A stretch of 64,000 bases of DNA from positions 1,376,001 through 1,440,000 of the forward strand of contig CAXXKM010000001.1 of NCBI GenBank assembly GCA_963664435.2. The letters run 5' to 3'. The position numbers and the translations under genes are program-made. This stretch comes from Longimicrobiales bacterium. Its GTDB lineage: Bacteria; Gemmatimonadota; Gemmatimonadetes; Longimicrobiales; Gaopeijiaceae. The notes below the pieces were generated by a model. That model was not told where the DNA came from, made no database searches, and saw only the letters and a list, made by a program, of their open reading frames with translations. Numbering within the stretch: the stretch's first letter is position 1; each line of letters opens with the position of its first letter. Below, piece by piece: positions 26,495 to 36,900 of this stretch.

Positions 26495-29400
26495 TCAGCC
26501 GGACCGCGAGAGCGTCGATCCCGGTGCCTCAGGCAGCCCGCGCGCCTTCCACAGGTAGTAGACCACCGGGAAGAGCAGGAGCACCACGGCGCCCGACGTC
26601 ACGACCCCTCCGACCAGCGGCGCCGCGATCCGCTTCATCACGTCCGCGCCCGCGCCCGCGCTCCACATGATCGGCATCAGCCCGATCACATCGGTTGCGA
26701 TGGTCATCATGATCGGCCGCACGCGTTTGATCGACCCGGCCCGAATCGCCTGCGCAAGCGCCGCGCGATCGGTCAGCAGTCCGCGGTCGCGGTAGTCGCG
26801 CAGCGAGAGGTTGAGGTAGAGCAGAAACACGATCGCGGTCTCGGCATAGAGGCCCGCCAGCGCGATGATCCCGATCCAGACGGCGATGCTGAGGTCGTAG
26901 TTCAGCACCTGCAGCAGCCAGAACGACCCGGCGACCGCGAACGGTACGCCCAGCAGGACGAGGCAGGTCTCCGTCACGGACCGGTTGGCCAGGTAGATCA
27001 GGACGAAGATCAGGAGGAGGGTCATCGGAACCACGTACATGAGACGCCGCTCGGCGCGCTCGAGGTACTCGTACTGCCCGCTCCACGCGATCGTGTACCC
27101 CGGGGGCAGCACGACCCCGGCCGCGACCGCCTCCCGCGCGGACTCCACGTATCCGCCCATGTCCCCGTCGCGCAGATCGACGTACACCCAGGCGTTGGGC
27201 TTCGCGCCCTCGCTCTTGATGCTCGGGGGACCCACCACGTACTCCATTCCGGCCAGCTGTCCCAGCGGCACCTGGTGGCCCTGGGGCGTCGTCACCAGGA
27301 CGGCGCGCAACGCGGGCAGATCGTCCCGCAGTTCGCGGCTGTAGCGCAGGTTGACCGGATGGCGCGTGAGACCTTCCACCGTGGTCGTGACGTTCATCCC
27401 GCCGATCGCCGTCCGGATCACCTCCTGCACGTCCCTCACGGTGAGTCCGTGCCGGGCAATCGCCTCGCGGTCTATGTCGAAGTCGAGATAGTTGCCGCCC
27501 ATCACCCGGTCCGCGTACACGCTGGCGGTACCGGGAACGCCGCGCAGAACCTCCTCGATCTCGCGCCCCAGCCTCTCCAGCTCCGCCAGATCGGGACCGG
27601 CGATCTTGACGCCCACGGGCGTGCGGATTCCGGTCGACAGCATGTCGATCCGGCTCCGGATGGGCATGGTCCAGGCGTTGGTCAGCCCCGGAATCCGCAG
27701 GGCGGCGTCGAGTTCCTCGATGAGGCGCTCGGGCGTCATCCCCGACCGCCACTGGTCGCGCGGCTTGAGGGCGATGGTGGTTTCGATCATGGACAGGGGC
27801 GCGGGATCGGTCGCCGTTTCCGCCCGTCCGACCTTGCCGAACACGTGCTGGACCTCGGGGAAGGTGTAGATGATCCGGTCGGTCTGCTGCAGGATCTCGC
27901 GCGCCTCGGTGATCGAGACCCCGGGGAGCGTCGTGGGCATGTAGAGGAGGTCGCCCTCCCAGAGCGGGGGCATGAACTCCGATCCCAGCCGTGACAGCGG
28001 CACGGCGGTCGCCGCCAGCCCCAGAAGCGCGGCGGCGAGCACCCACGCCCGAAACCGCAGAGCCAGCGAGAGCACCGGCCAATACGCCCGGGCCAGGAAC
28101 CTGCCCAGCGGGGTGCGCGTCGGCGGGCGGATCTTCCCTCGCACCCAGTAGCCCACCAGCACCGGAACCAGCGTCACCGACAGGAGCGCCGCGGCCGCCA
28201 TGGCATAGGTCTTGGTGAAGGCAAGGGGCTTGAACAGCCGCCCCTCCTGCGCCTCGAGGGTGAAGACCGGCATGAACGAAACGGTGATCACCAGCAGCGC
28301 CAGGAAGAGCGACGGGCCCACCTCCCGCGCCGCGGAGGCGACAATCTCCCAGTGCGGCTTTCGGCCGCCGTCCTGGGCAAGGCGCCGGTGGGCGTTCTCG
28401 ACCATCACGATCCCGGCGTCGACCATCGTCCCGATCGCGACGGCGATCCCCCCCAGGGACATGATGTTGAGCGTCAGCCCCTGGATGCGCACCACGATCA
28501 GGGCCATCAGAATCCCGACGGGGAGCGCGATCACGGCCACGAGCCCGCTGCGCAGGTGGAAGAGGAACAGCAGGCACACCAGGCCCACGATCACGAGTTG
28601 CTGCGCGAGGCTCATGCGGATGCTTCCGACCGCCCGGTCGATCAGCGCGCTGCGGTCGTAGGCCACTTCGATCTCGACGCCCTCCGGCAGGCCCGGCGTC
28701 ACCTCGGCCAGCTTGTCCTTGACGTCGCGGATCACCCGCCGCGTGTCGGCGCCGGAGCGCACCACGACGATGCCGGCGACCGTCTCCCCCTCCCCGTTCC
28801 ACTCGGCGAGCCCGCGGCGTCCCTCCGGTCCCAGGCTCACGCGCGCCACGTCCTCGAGCAGGATCGGTGTCCCGTCCGCGCTCACGCCGAGGCCGATCCG
28901 GCGAATGTCGTCCACCGACCGGATGTAGCCGAGACCCCGGATCATGAACTCCCGCTCGGCGACCTCGATGAGGCCGCCCCCGACATCGCTGTTGCTCTCC
29001 TGGATGGCGGTGCGGATGGCCGAGATGGACAGATCGTATGCGCGCAGGCGATTCGGATCGACCGTGATCTGGTACTGGCGCACGAAGCCGCCCACGCTGG
29101 CCACTTCCGAGACCCCGGGCACCGCGGTCAGTTCATACTTGAGGAACCAGTCCTGGATCGCGCGCAGCTCCCCGAGGTCGTGACGGTCGGATCTGAGCGC
29201 GTAGACGAAGGCCCAGCCGACGCCGGTGGCATCGGGTCCGAGCCGGGGCGTGACGCCCGCCGGCAGTTGCCCGGAAAGGGCGTTCAGGTACTCCAGGACC
29301 CGGCTTCTGGCCCAGTAGAGGTCGGTTCCGTCCTCGAAGATGACATAGACGAAGGACACCCCGAAGAACGAGTACCCGCGCACCACCTGCGCGAACGGCG

Positions 29401-29626
29401 CCGCCAGCATCTGGGTGGCGACGGGGTAGGTGACCTGGTCCTCGACGATGCGCGGCGCCTGGCCCGGATAATCCGTCTGGATGATGACCTGGACGTCGGA
29501 GAGATCCGGGATCGCATCGATGGGCGTGCGGGACAGCGAGAAGATGCCCGCGACCACGACGGCGAGGGCGCCGACGAGAATCAGGGGCCGGTTTCTGATG
29601 GAGCCGTCGATGATGCGCGCGAACAT
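26495..29626 (-). CDS. cusA: CusA Cu(I)/Ag(I) RND permease
   Basis: DAIPDLSDVQVI, LGPDATGVGW, Met-triad contexts LLYMPTTLPG, DPAPLSMIET, RIDMLSTG. Confidence 0.95.
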   Translation of the reverse strand: MFARIIDGSIRNRPLILVGALAVVVAGIFSLSRTPIDAIPDLSDVQVIIQTDYPGQAPRIVEDQVTYPVATQMLAAPFAQVVRGYSFFGVSFVYVIFEDGTDLYWARSRVLEYLNALSGQLPAGVTPRLGPDATGVGWAFVYALRSDRHDLGELRAIQDWFLKYELTAVPGVSEVASVGGFVRQYQITVDPNRLRAYDLSISAIRTAIQESNSDVGGGLIEVAEREFMIRGLGYIRSVDDIRRIGLGVSADGTPILLEDVARVSLGPEGRRGLAEWNGEGETVAGIVVVRSGADTRRVIRDVKDKLAEVTPGLPEGVEIEVAYDRSALIDRAVGSIRMSLAQQLVIVGLVCLLFLFHLRSGLVAVIALPVGILMALIVVRIQGLTLNIMSLGGIAVAIGTMVDAGIVMVENAHRRLAQDGGRKPHWEIVASAAREVGPSLFLALLVITVSFMPVFTLEAQEGRLFKPLAFTKTYAMAAAALLSVTLVPVLVGYWVRGKIRPPTRTPLGRFLARAYWPVLSLALRFRAWVLAAALLGLAATAVPLSRLGSEFMPPLWEGDLLYMPTTLPGVSITEAREILQQTDRIIYTFPEVQHVFGKVGRAETATDPAPLSMIETTIALKPRDQWRSGMTPERLIEELDAALRIPGLTNAWTMPIRSRIDMLSTGIRTPVGVKIAGPDLAELERLGREIEEVLRGVPGTASVYADRVMGGNYLDFDIDREAIARHGLTVRDVQEVIRTAIGGMNVTTTVEGLTRHPVNLRYSRELRDDLPALRAVLVTTPQGHQVPLGQLAGMEYVVGPPSIKSEGAKPNAWVYVDLRDGDMGGYVESAREAVAAGVVLPPGYTIAWSGQYEYLERAERRLMYVVPMTLLLIFVLIYLANRSVTETCLVLLGVPFAVAGSFWLLQVLNYDLSIAVWIGIIALAGLYAETAIVFLLYLNLSLRDYRDRGLLTDRAALAQAIRAGSIKRVRPIMMTIATDVIGLMPIMWSAGAGADVMKRIAAPLVGGVVTSGAVVLLLFPVVYYLWKARGLPEAPGSTLSRSG

Positions 29627-29638
29627 GGCCGGTCTCCG

Positions 29639-31102
29639 TCAGCGCGGGGGGCGGGTGCCGGAGGCTGCGGCGGGCATCGCCCCGGACTCGCCCGGCGGGG
29701 GGCCCTGTGCGCCCGGCATCTCCCCGTGCGGCATCTCGCCGTCCGCCCCGGACTCCGCCCCGCTCAACAGCTGGGAGATGGCGGCCTTGAGGTTGGCGTC
29801 GGCGTCGATGAGGAACTGGGACGAGACCAGAACCTGCTCTCCCGGGGCCAGCCCGGACGTCACCTCCTGCATCCCCTCGCTCTCGGTTCCCAGCAGGACC
29901 TCGCGCGGCTCGAACACGCCCCCGCCCCTGGCCACGATCACCACCGCGCGCGTGCCGCTGTGCAGCACCGCCTCGGACGCCACCATCACGGCGTCGGACG
30001 CGCCGGTGGCCCGCGCGGTCACGTCGACGTACATCCCGGGCCGGAGCCGCAGGTCGGCGTTGGCCACCTCCACGAACGCCGTGAGCGTCCTGGTCTGCGA
30101 GTTCACAGCCGGACGAAAGAAGAGGATGCGCCCGTCCCATTGCCGGCCCGGGAACGCGTCTGCCTCGATCTCCACGGCCTCGCCCTCCCCCACATGCCTC
30201 AGATCGTCCTCGTAGAACTCGGTCTCGGCCCAGAGGGTTGAGTGATCGGCGATCTTCAGGACCGTCATCCCGGGCTCGATCCGCAGCCCCTCCATCGAGT
30301 CGCCCATCTTCTCGACGATGAAGCCGGTGGCGGGCGAAAACACCCGGACCGTGCGCGCCACCGTCCCCGATTCGGCCAGTTCGTCGATCTGCGCCTCGGT
30401 CATGTCCCAGTAGAGCAGGCGCTCCCGGGTCGCCTCCAGGAGGGACTGTGCGCGCTCGATCGCCTCCGCGTAGGCCCCGCTGTCCCGCAGGCGCCGGAGG
30501 TAGTCCATCGCCCCGATGAACTCGCGCTGGGTCGTGACCAGCTCCGGGCTGTAGATCTCGAAGAGGACGTCGCCCCTTTCGACCGTCTCGCCCACGTTGT
30601 TGACGCTGGCCTGCTCGATCCAGCCCGCGTACTTGGTCTGGACCGAGACCACCCGCTCCTCGTTGTGCGCCAGGATGCCGACCGTGCGGATGAAGACGGG
30701 GAGCGAGCCGCGCTGCACGCCGGCCGTGCGCACGGCGAAGTTCTGCAGAAAGCTCGAGCTCACCCGGACCTGGCCGTCCGCAAGGCCTTCGTCCGCGTAG
30801 ACCGGAACCAGATCCATCCCCATGGGCGACTTTCCCGGTTGGTCGGATGTGTAGTTGGGATCCATGGGCGCCCGCCAGTAGAGGATCCTGCGTGCAGCCG
30901 CGTCCCCGGCCATCGCCGCATCGGCGCCGACCGCTCCGGCCTCTCCATGGGATGCGTGGTCCCCGCTCTCTCCGGCTCCCGGCGGTGCCCCGGTCATTGG
31001 CTCGCCCGGCAGGATACGCGTCAACAGCAGCGCCCCGCCCGCGCCGATCACCACGCCAAGCGCCACGATTGCCGCGAATTGAAGTCTCTTCGTGTTCCTC
31101 AT
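29639..31102 (-). CDS. cusB: CusB-type periplasmic adaptor with heavy-metal-binding domain
   Basis: YWRAPMDPNYTSDQPGKSPMGMDLVP, IYSPELVTTQRE, LRPGMY, SSQFLIDADANL. Confidence 0.92.
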   Translation of the reverse strand: MRNTKRLQFAAIVALGVVIGAGGALLLTRILPGEPMTGAPPGAGESGDHASHGEAGAVGADAAMAGDAAARRILYWRAPMDPNYTSDQPGKSPMGMDLVPVYADEGLADGQVRVSSSFLQNFAVRTAGVQRGSLPVFIRTVGILAHNEERVVSVQTKYAGWIEQASVNNVGETVERGDVLFEIYSPELVTTQREFIGAMDYLRRLRDSGAYAEAIERAQSLLEATRERLLYWDMTEAQIDELAESGTVARTVRVFSPATGFIVEKMGDSMEGLRIEPGMTVLKIADHSTLWAETEFYEDDLRHVGEGEAVEIEADAFPGRQWDGRILFFRPAVNSQTRTLTAFVEVANADLRLRPGMYVDVTARATGASDAVMVASEAVLHSGTRAVVIVARGGGVFEPREVLLGTESEGMQEVTSGLAPGEQVLVSSQFLIDADANLKAAISQLLSGAESGADGEMPHGEMPGAQGPPPGESGAMPAAASGTRPPR

Positions 31103-32442
31103 GATCCCTCCTCCCCCGGAGATGACGCTCCCTCCTCCGGAAAGGGCGAGCCGATGGCTCGTTCCATGTCGGCCAGCGCCTTCATGTAGTCGGCCCGCAT
31201 GCGCGCGAGGCCGAGGCGGACGTCCAGCAGGACGGACTCGCTGTCCAGCAACTCCAGCACGCCCGTGACGCCGGCCGAATACGCCTCCTCGGTGGCGCGC
31301 AGGGCCTGCTTCGCCTGCGGGAGCAGCGCGCGTTCGAAGAGGGCCAGCTGCCCCTCGATGGTGGTCAGGCGGAACGCGGTCGAGCGGACGGCGAAGGCCA
31401 CCTCGTTGACCGCGTCGCGGTATCCTTCCTCGGCAGCGGAGAGGCGCGCGGCGGCCTCGCGCATGCCCGCGTCGTAGCTCGACCTGAAGACGGGAATGCT
31501 CGCTCCCAGGGTGAGGCTGTAGGTGTCGCGCCCGTTGTCCGGCGGGGGATCGCTGCGGCCCGGGTCGTCGCGCCGGTCGAGGACGCTGCCCCAGGCGAGG
31601 CCGATGGAGAAGTCGGGCCGGTACCGGCGACGAGCCAGGCGCATGGCCCGCTCGTTGCTCTCGATCCGCAGCCGGGCCGACCTCACCTCCGGCCTGGCGC
31701 CGAGCCCGGCCGCCCGCAGTTGTTCATCATCAACGCTGGCCGCCGGGCGCTCCCCGATCTCGATCGTCGGGATGGGGGCATCCACCGGCCGATTCGCGAA
31801 GATGTTGAGCCCGGCTTCGAAGTCGGTCCGCTGCCGCAGGAGTTCCCGCCGCCGGCTCAGGACGCGCGTGACTTCCGCCTGGAGCTTGAGCACGGCCTGC
31901 TGCTGCCCGAAGCCCTGCGAGTAGCGGGCCCGCGCGAGCGCCTCGTAGTGGAGGAGGAGCTGTTCCTCTTCGCCGGTGATGCGGAGGGCTTCATCCAGAT
32001 ACGCGAGGTCGTAGTAGGCCAGTTTGACCTGCCGCACGACTTCGGCCCTCTGCTCCCGGTATGCCTCGCTGCGATTCTCGGCTTCGGCCTCGGCGATGTC
32101 CCTGCGGTCGGACAGCGTCCCGAACCAGGGGAATGCCTGGCTGAGCGAAACGCCCGACGTCTGCGGCCCGACCCGGGTCTGGGGACCCCGCAGGTGCTGG
32201 GTGAAGGCAACCATCGGATTCGGGAGGGCCGCCGCCTGCGGGACGCGGGCACGCGCGGCCTGCACTTCCGACAGCGCTCCGCGTACGCGGGGGTTGCCCT
32301 CCAGCGCCTCCGCGATGAGCGCGGCCAGCACTGGATCGCCGTTGTTCGCATGGGCCGGCGACTGCGCCGTGGCGCCGGACGGGCCCAGGGAATCCGAGAC
32401 CGCGACTGCCAGCGCAACCGCCAGGATCCGCTTGATAGACAT
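31099..32442 (-). CDS. TolC-family outer membrane factor of the Cus system
   Basis: Signal peptide, AALPNPM, SQAFPWFG, RRYRPDF; GAGGT RBS before ATG 32442. Confidence 0.9.
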   Translation of the reverse strand: MSIKRILAVALAVAVSDSLGPSGATAQSPAHANNGDPVLAALIAEALEGNPRVRGALSEVQAARARVPQAAALPNPMVAFTQHLRGPQTRVGPQTSGVSLSQAFPWFGTLSDRRDIAEAEAENRSEAYREQRAEVVRQVKLAYYDLAYLDEALRITGEEEQLLLHYEALARARYSQGFGQQQAVLKLQAEVTRVLSRRRELLRQRTDFEAGLNIFANRPVDAPIPTIEIGERPAASVDDEQLRAAGLGARPEVRSARLRIESNERAMRLARRRYRPDFSIGLAWGSVLDRRDDPGRSDPPPDNGRDTYSLTLGASIPVFRSSYDAGMREAAARLSAAEEGYRDAVNEVAFAVRSTAFRLTTIEGQLALFERALLPQAKQALRATEEAYSAGVTGVLELLDSESVLLDVRLGLARMRADYMKALADMERAIGSPFPEEGASSPGEEGS

Positions 32443-32643
32443 GTGCACCTCGCCATCAGGATGTCGACAGGTCCCGTGAGGGGCTGGCCCGGGATGCGAG
32501 GCTACGGTCCCGAAGAGAGCGGGACTGTGTGCTACGCGGGACGGGCCTGCGACCGACTGCGGGAAAGGCTGCCTCCAGGCATGGAGACGCTTGCGCGAGT
32601 CAGCCGGCCTGCACGGGTTGCGCCCCGAACGGAGCGCGGACGG

Positions 32644-33048
32644 TCAGGCGAGGGAGCGAGGCGGGGGTGTCTCGATGCCCATTGAGACCGCGGCGGGGAT
32701 GGGCGCGATGTAGAGATTCGCCCGGACGGAGACGCCCGGGAAGCGAGCCAGGATGGTCGTTTGCGCAGTGCGCGCGGAGGCGGCGCCGCAGGCCGCGAGG
32801 ATCATCAGGCACCCGCCGCTTTCGCCGTGGTGCTCGCCGTGCGGGGTCGCCGGCGCCTCCTCGGTGGAGAGATGGTGGTGGCCGGGGGGCGCCGGGGCGG
32901 GCTGGGGAGCCGAGCCATGGTGCGCCGAAGCGATGGTGCGCGGGCCGGCCTCGAGCATGGGCGTGGACGCACCCATGTCACAACGGAGCGCGGCCAGCTG
33001 GGACCAGGACAGGGCCGCGAGGGCGAGGAGAGCTGCGGTGCGGCGCAT
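32644..33048 (-). CDS. Exported His/Cys-rich protein ending in PPPR, CutF/CruR(DUF2946)-like leader of the cus operon
   Basis: Signal peptide; HHG, HHH, HGEHH; CLMILAAC; C-terminus GIETPPPRSLA; same strand directly upstream of cusCBA. Confidence 0.7.
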   Translation of the reverse strand: MRRTAALLALAALSWSQLAALRCDMGASTPMLEAGPRTIASAHHGSAPQPAPAPPGHHHLSTEEAPATPHGEHHGESGGCLMILAACGAASARTAQTTILARFPGVSVRANLYIAPIPAAVSMGIETPPPRSLA

Positions 33049-33109
33049 GAGTGCAATGTGCGCCGCGCAATGGCGGGGCGTCAACAAGGCCGCCCGGGGT
33101 CAGCCGTCC

Positions 33110-33694
33110 TCACCCCCCCGGAAGGTACTGCGCCGGAATCGGGTGGTCGGGCCCTTCCCCGAGCCAGAAGATCGACACCACCCACCAGCGCGATCCGTCG
33201 TTCATCAGCTGAATCGAGTTGATCCCGCGCGCGAACGGCTCGCGGTCGCTCGCGTTCCTGCGCGACTCGTAGGTGCTGAAGGCGTGCGCGATCACGCCGT
33301 ACTCCTCGGTCACCCGGTGGATCTCCACCTCGTGGAAGCCGTTCGCTTCGAGCGACTCGCCGACCCCGTCCGCGTACTCGTCGACCGTGATCACCCTGCG
33401 CGCGTAGGTGGAGCCGCCGCCGGGACGTCCCACCGGGCTGAGGGTCGCGCCGGACACGAACAGCGACCGGAAGCGGTCCCAGTCGCGCGCCACGCCCGCG
33501 TCGCCGGAGATGACGTCGTAAACGGCGGTGATGATGGCGTCGATGGAGGCGACGTCGGCCGGGTCGGCGGCGGGCTGCTGGGCGGTGGCGCGGGTTGGCG
33601 CCGTGGCCGCAGCTGCGCCGAACAGCGTGAGGAAAGCCGCCAGGGTGCGGAGGGAGGGCCGCGTAGCGGCGGTCTGGTGAAACCTGGTCGTCAT
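33110..33694 (-). CDS. Secreted NTF2/SnoaL-like fold protein
   Basis: 3' end of ORF 33110-36718; ADVASIDAIITAVYDVISG, RDWDRFRSLF, ARGINSIQL...RWWVVSIFW. Confidence 0.85.
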   Translation of the reverse strand: MTTRFHQTAATRPSLRTLAAFLTLFGAAAATAPTRATAQQPAADPADVASIDAIITAVYDVISGDAGVARDWDRFRSLFVSGATLSPVGRPGGGSTYARRVITVDEYADGVGESLEANGFHEVEIHRVTEEYGVIAHAFSTYESRRNASDREPFARGINSIQLMNDGSRWWVVSIFWLGEGPDHPIPAQYLPGG

Positions 33695-33937
33695 TGGCTG
33701 GTCGCCCGTGAGGTGTGAGGGCATGGGGAAGGCTGTGTGTCCGCCGCGGCGCGCGCAGGTGTTGGAGATCCGCCGCGCACGCACCGACGGAAAACACCCC
33801 CGTCGAACCCAGGTTCCGCGGCGGTTCGCGGAAGGGCACCGGGGAGCCCGGATTGGGTAGTCATCGTCACGGCATCCGGGTCTCTCGTCCATTCCTTGCA
33901 CGGGTGCCGCAAGCAACGGCATCGGCCGGGAGGCTCC

Positions 33938-36900
33938 TTGCGCACAAGGCAGCTCGATCGGGGAGTAACGACCGGAATCTCTTGCGCCTTCGCTTCCGTT
34001 TTGCTCGCTGCATCCGCGCTCGCCCCCACGAGCACGGTCGCACAATCCACCGGCGTGATCACGGGCACCGTGACCGAGTCGAGCCACGGAGAGCCGCTCG
34101 CGACCGCCAGCGTCACCATCGCGGCGCTCTCGATCAGCGTCCTGGCCGACCGCGAGGGCCGCTACATACTGGCCGGCGTTCCCGCCGGCACCCACCTCGT
34201 CGAGGCTGCGCTCATCGGGTATGGCGCGGGCAGCGCGACGGTGACCGTGGCCGCGGGCGAGACCACCATCGCTTCCTTCAGCCTGGAAATCAGCGCGATC
34301 GCCTTCGAGGAGATCGTGGTCACGGGCTCGACCTTCGCGGAGCCCACCATCAGCTCGCCCCACGCCGTCGCGGTGTCCAATCGCGCAGCCCTCGCCGCAC
34401 AGGGTTCGCCCACCGTGCTCGACTTCTTCCGCCGGCTCGGGGCGAGCCACGGAACCCTCGGCGACCAGGGAAGCTTCTTCAACGGGTCGGCCGGCCTGCA
34501 CCCCGAGACCCTCGCCAACGTGAACCTGAGGGGGCTCGGGGCATCCCGGACCCTGGTGCTCCTCAACGGCCGCCGCCACGCCTATGTGCCGTACCGCATG
34601 GCCGGCGGGCGCTTCGTGGATACCAACAGCATCCCGGCGATCGCGCTCGAGCGCATCGAGGTGCTCAAGGAGGGCGCGTCGGCGGTCTACGGCTCGGACG
34701 CCGTCGCGGGCGTGGCCAACTTCGTGACCCGCGAGGGCTTCGAAGGGATCGAGTTCCAGGCCTCGCACGAGTACTTCCAGGCATCCGGCAGCAGCAATGT
34801 CGGCGCCATCTTCGGCAGGGAACTGGGTGGCGCGCATGCGATCGTCTCCGGGGAGTTCGTGACCCAGCGCGAGCTCCTGCCCACCGACCGCGCACACCTC
34901 CTGCAGCCCTTTCATCCGCGTGGCGGAGGCTGGTCCGGCATCGGAAACCCCGGAACCTTCATCGCCCCGAAGCTGACCGGGGAGGAGACCCTGGAGGAGT
35001 TCTCGCCGAAACTGCTCGACGCCCATGTCGGATCGGACCCCGACTTCTTCGTGGATCCCGGATGCACGCCTTTCGGGGGCCTCGCCCAGACCCTGACCTG
35101 CCGGTACCGCTATCAGCCCGCCGCCCCCGTGGTGAACGCGGCGCGCTTTCTTCGCCTTTTCGGCGAGGTTCACGGCGATCTCGGCGACCGCACCGCCTAC
35201 AACCTGGATGTCCTGACCTCCTGGTCGACAAATCCGCACTGGCGGACCTCGCCTTCGTTTCCGCCGGTGGGACTGTACGACGGAATTCAGGTCACCGCCC
35301 CCTCGCACCCGGGGAGAATCGCGTTCTGCCGCGACCAGGGCGCATCGGTGGGATTCGCCTCCGGGGACGAATGCCTCGCCGGCGACTGGTACTACTACGG
35401 ACGCATCGCCGGCAACGGACTGCTCTCGCGCGACCTGGCGCGCACGAACGAAACCCATCGCGCGTCGGCTTCGCTGAAGCGGGAGATCGAGATCTTCGGC
35501 GAAGAGGGGCACCTCGACCTCGCAACCACTTTCGCGCGCTCGCGCGGCGACGCCAACCTTCCGGCGGAATACGCCTACCGGAAGTTCCTGGCGTTCCGGG
35601 GCTTCGGCGGACCCGACTGCGGCGTCGGCGTCAGAGCGGACCGGAGCGCCATCGGGGGGATGGCGATCTCCAACCCCGGGGGCGCGCAACCCGGGCAGGG
35701 CGCCTGCCGGTACTACAACCCCTTCAGCAACGCCTGGCCGAACTCCATACAACCTGGAGCCGAGTACCATGGTGGCTCCAATCCCTGGTTCGATCCCTCG
35801 CTGGAGAACAGCCCGGAACTGATGGACTGGATCAACGAGGAAGCCTTTCTGGACAACGTCGCCAATCACTTCATCGGCGACGTCACGCTGACGGGGGGTG
35901 CGCCCGGCGACGTAGTCAACTACGCGCTCGGATACCAGTTCCGCTGGCTGGGCGTGTCGGCAACCCCCAACGACCCGAGCAATCTCGCCATCAACCCCTG
36001 TCCCATCCCGGGTGACCAGACCTGCGCGGTCCGAAGCGGCCCGTTCACCTTCACCAACAGCTTCTCGCCCTACGAGGACCAGCAGACGGTGCACCGCTTC
36101 TTCACGGAGCTTCCGCTGAACATCGGGGACCGTCTCGACGTGCAGCTCGCCGCCAACTACGAGTTCCACCGCGTCGCGTCCAGCTTCGACCCCAAGCTCG
36201 CGCTCAGATATCGCTTCGCCAAAGGCGACGGGTACAACCTGTCGTTCAGGGGATCGCTCCAGACGACCTTCCGGACGCCCTCGGTGGACGACACCAATAC
36301 CGATCCGGTCACGACGCTGCAGTTCGTGCGCCAGACAGGCTCCTACAAGGCGATCGACAGCTTCGGATCGACCGATCTCGTGCCCGAGGAGGCGTTTACG
36401 TTCAACCTCGGGGCCATCGTCCTGGCCGAGGAGGCGAGGGTGACAGTGGACTACTGGAGCTACGACTTCAGGAACCTGATCAACGTCATTCCCCACGCCG
36501 GCATCACCGAGCTCTACGACCAGGGAGGCGCCGCCCGCCGGGCGGTCAGTGAACTCGTAACCTGCCCCGACGGCAAGGGCACCGGCACCTGCGAAGCCGA
36601 GCAGATCGAGCGCGTGGAGATCTACCTCACCAATTGGCCCGGGATGAAGACCTCGGGCATCGACTGGCACGCCCATACCCATTTCGACTCGCCGCTTCCC
36701 GCCGGGCTCGCGAGGCACCTGCCGGGCATGGATCTGGGCCTGGACGGCACTTGGACCCTGAGCTACGACACCCGGGAGTTCGCATACAACGGAAGCCGCA
36801 TCCAGGCGCCGTCGGAGGCGGTCGGGCAGCTGAACCGGTACAACCCCATCGCGTTCCCGGTCCCGCGGCTCAAGACCCGGGTCGACCTGGGGTTACACGG

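Noticed and set aside
33700..33937. Cobalamin riboswitch before the TonB receptor
   Set aside because: B12-box and core consensus not found; kept only as a generic hairpin cluster
33695..36718. 1202-aa minus-strand ORF, and similar long antisense ORFs (16509-19796, 38533-41730, 53131-55434)
   Set aside because: Antisense shadows of GC-rich genes with no motifs; only 33110-33694 is credible
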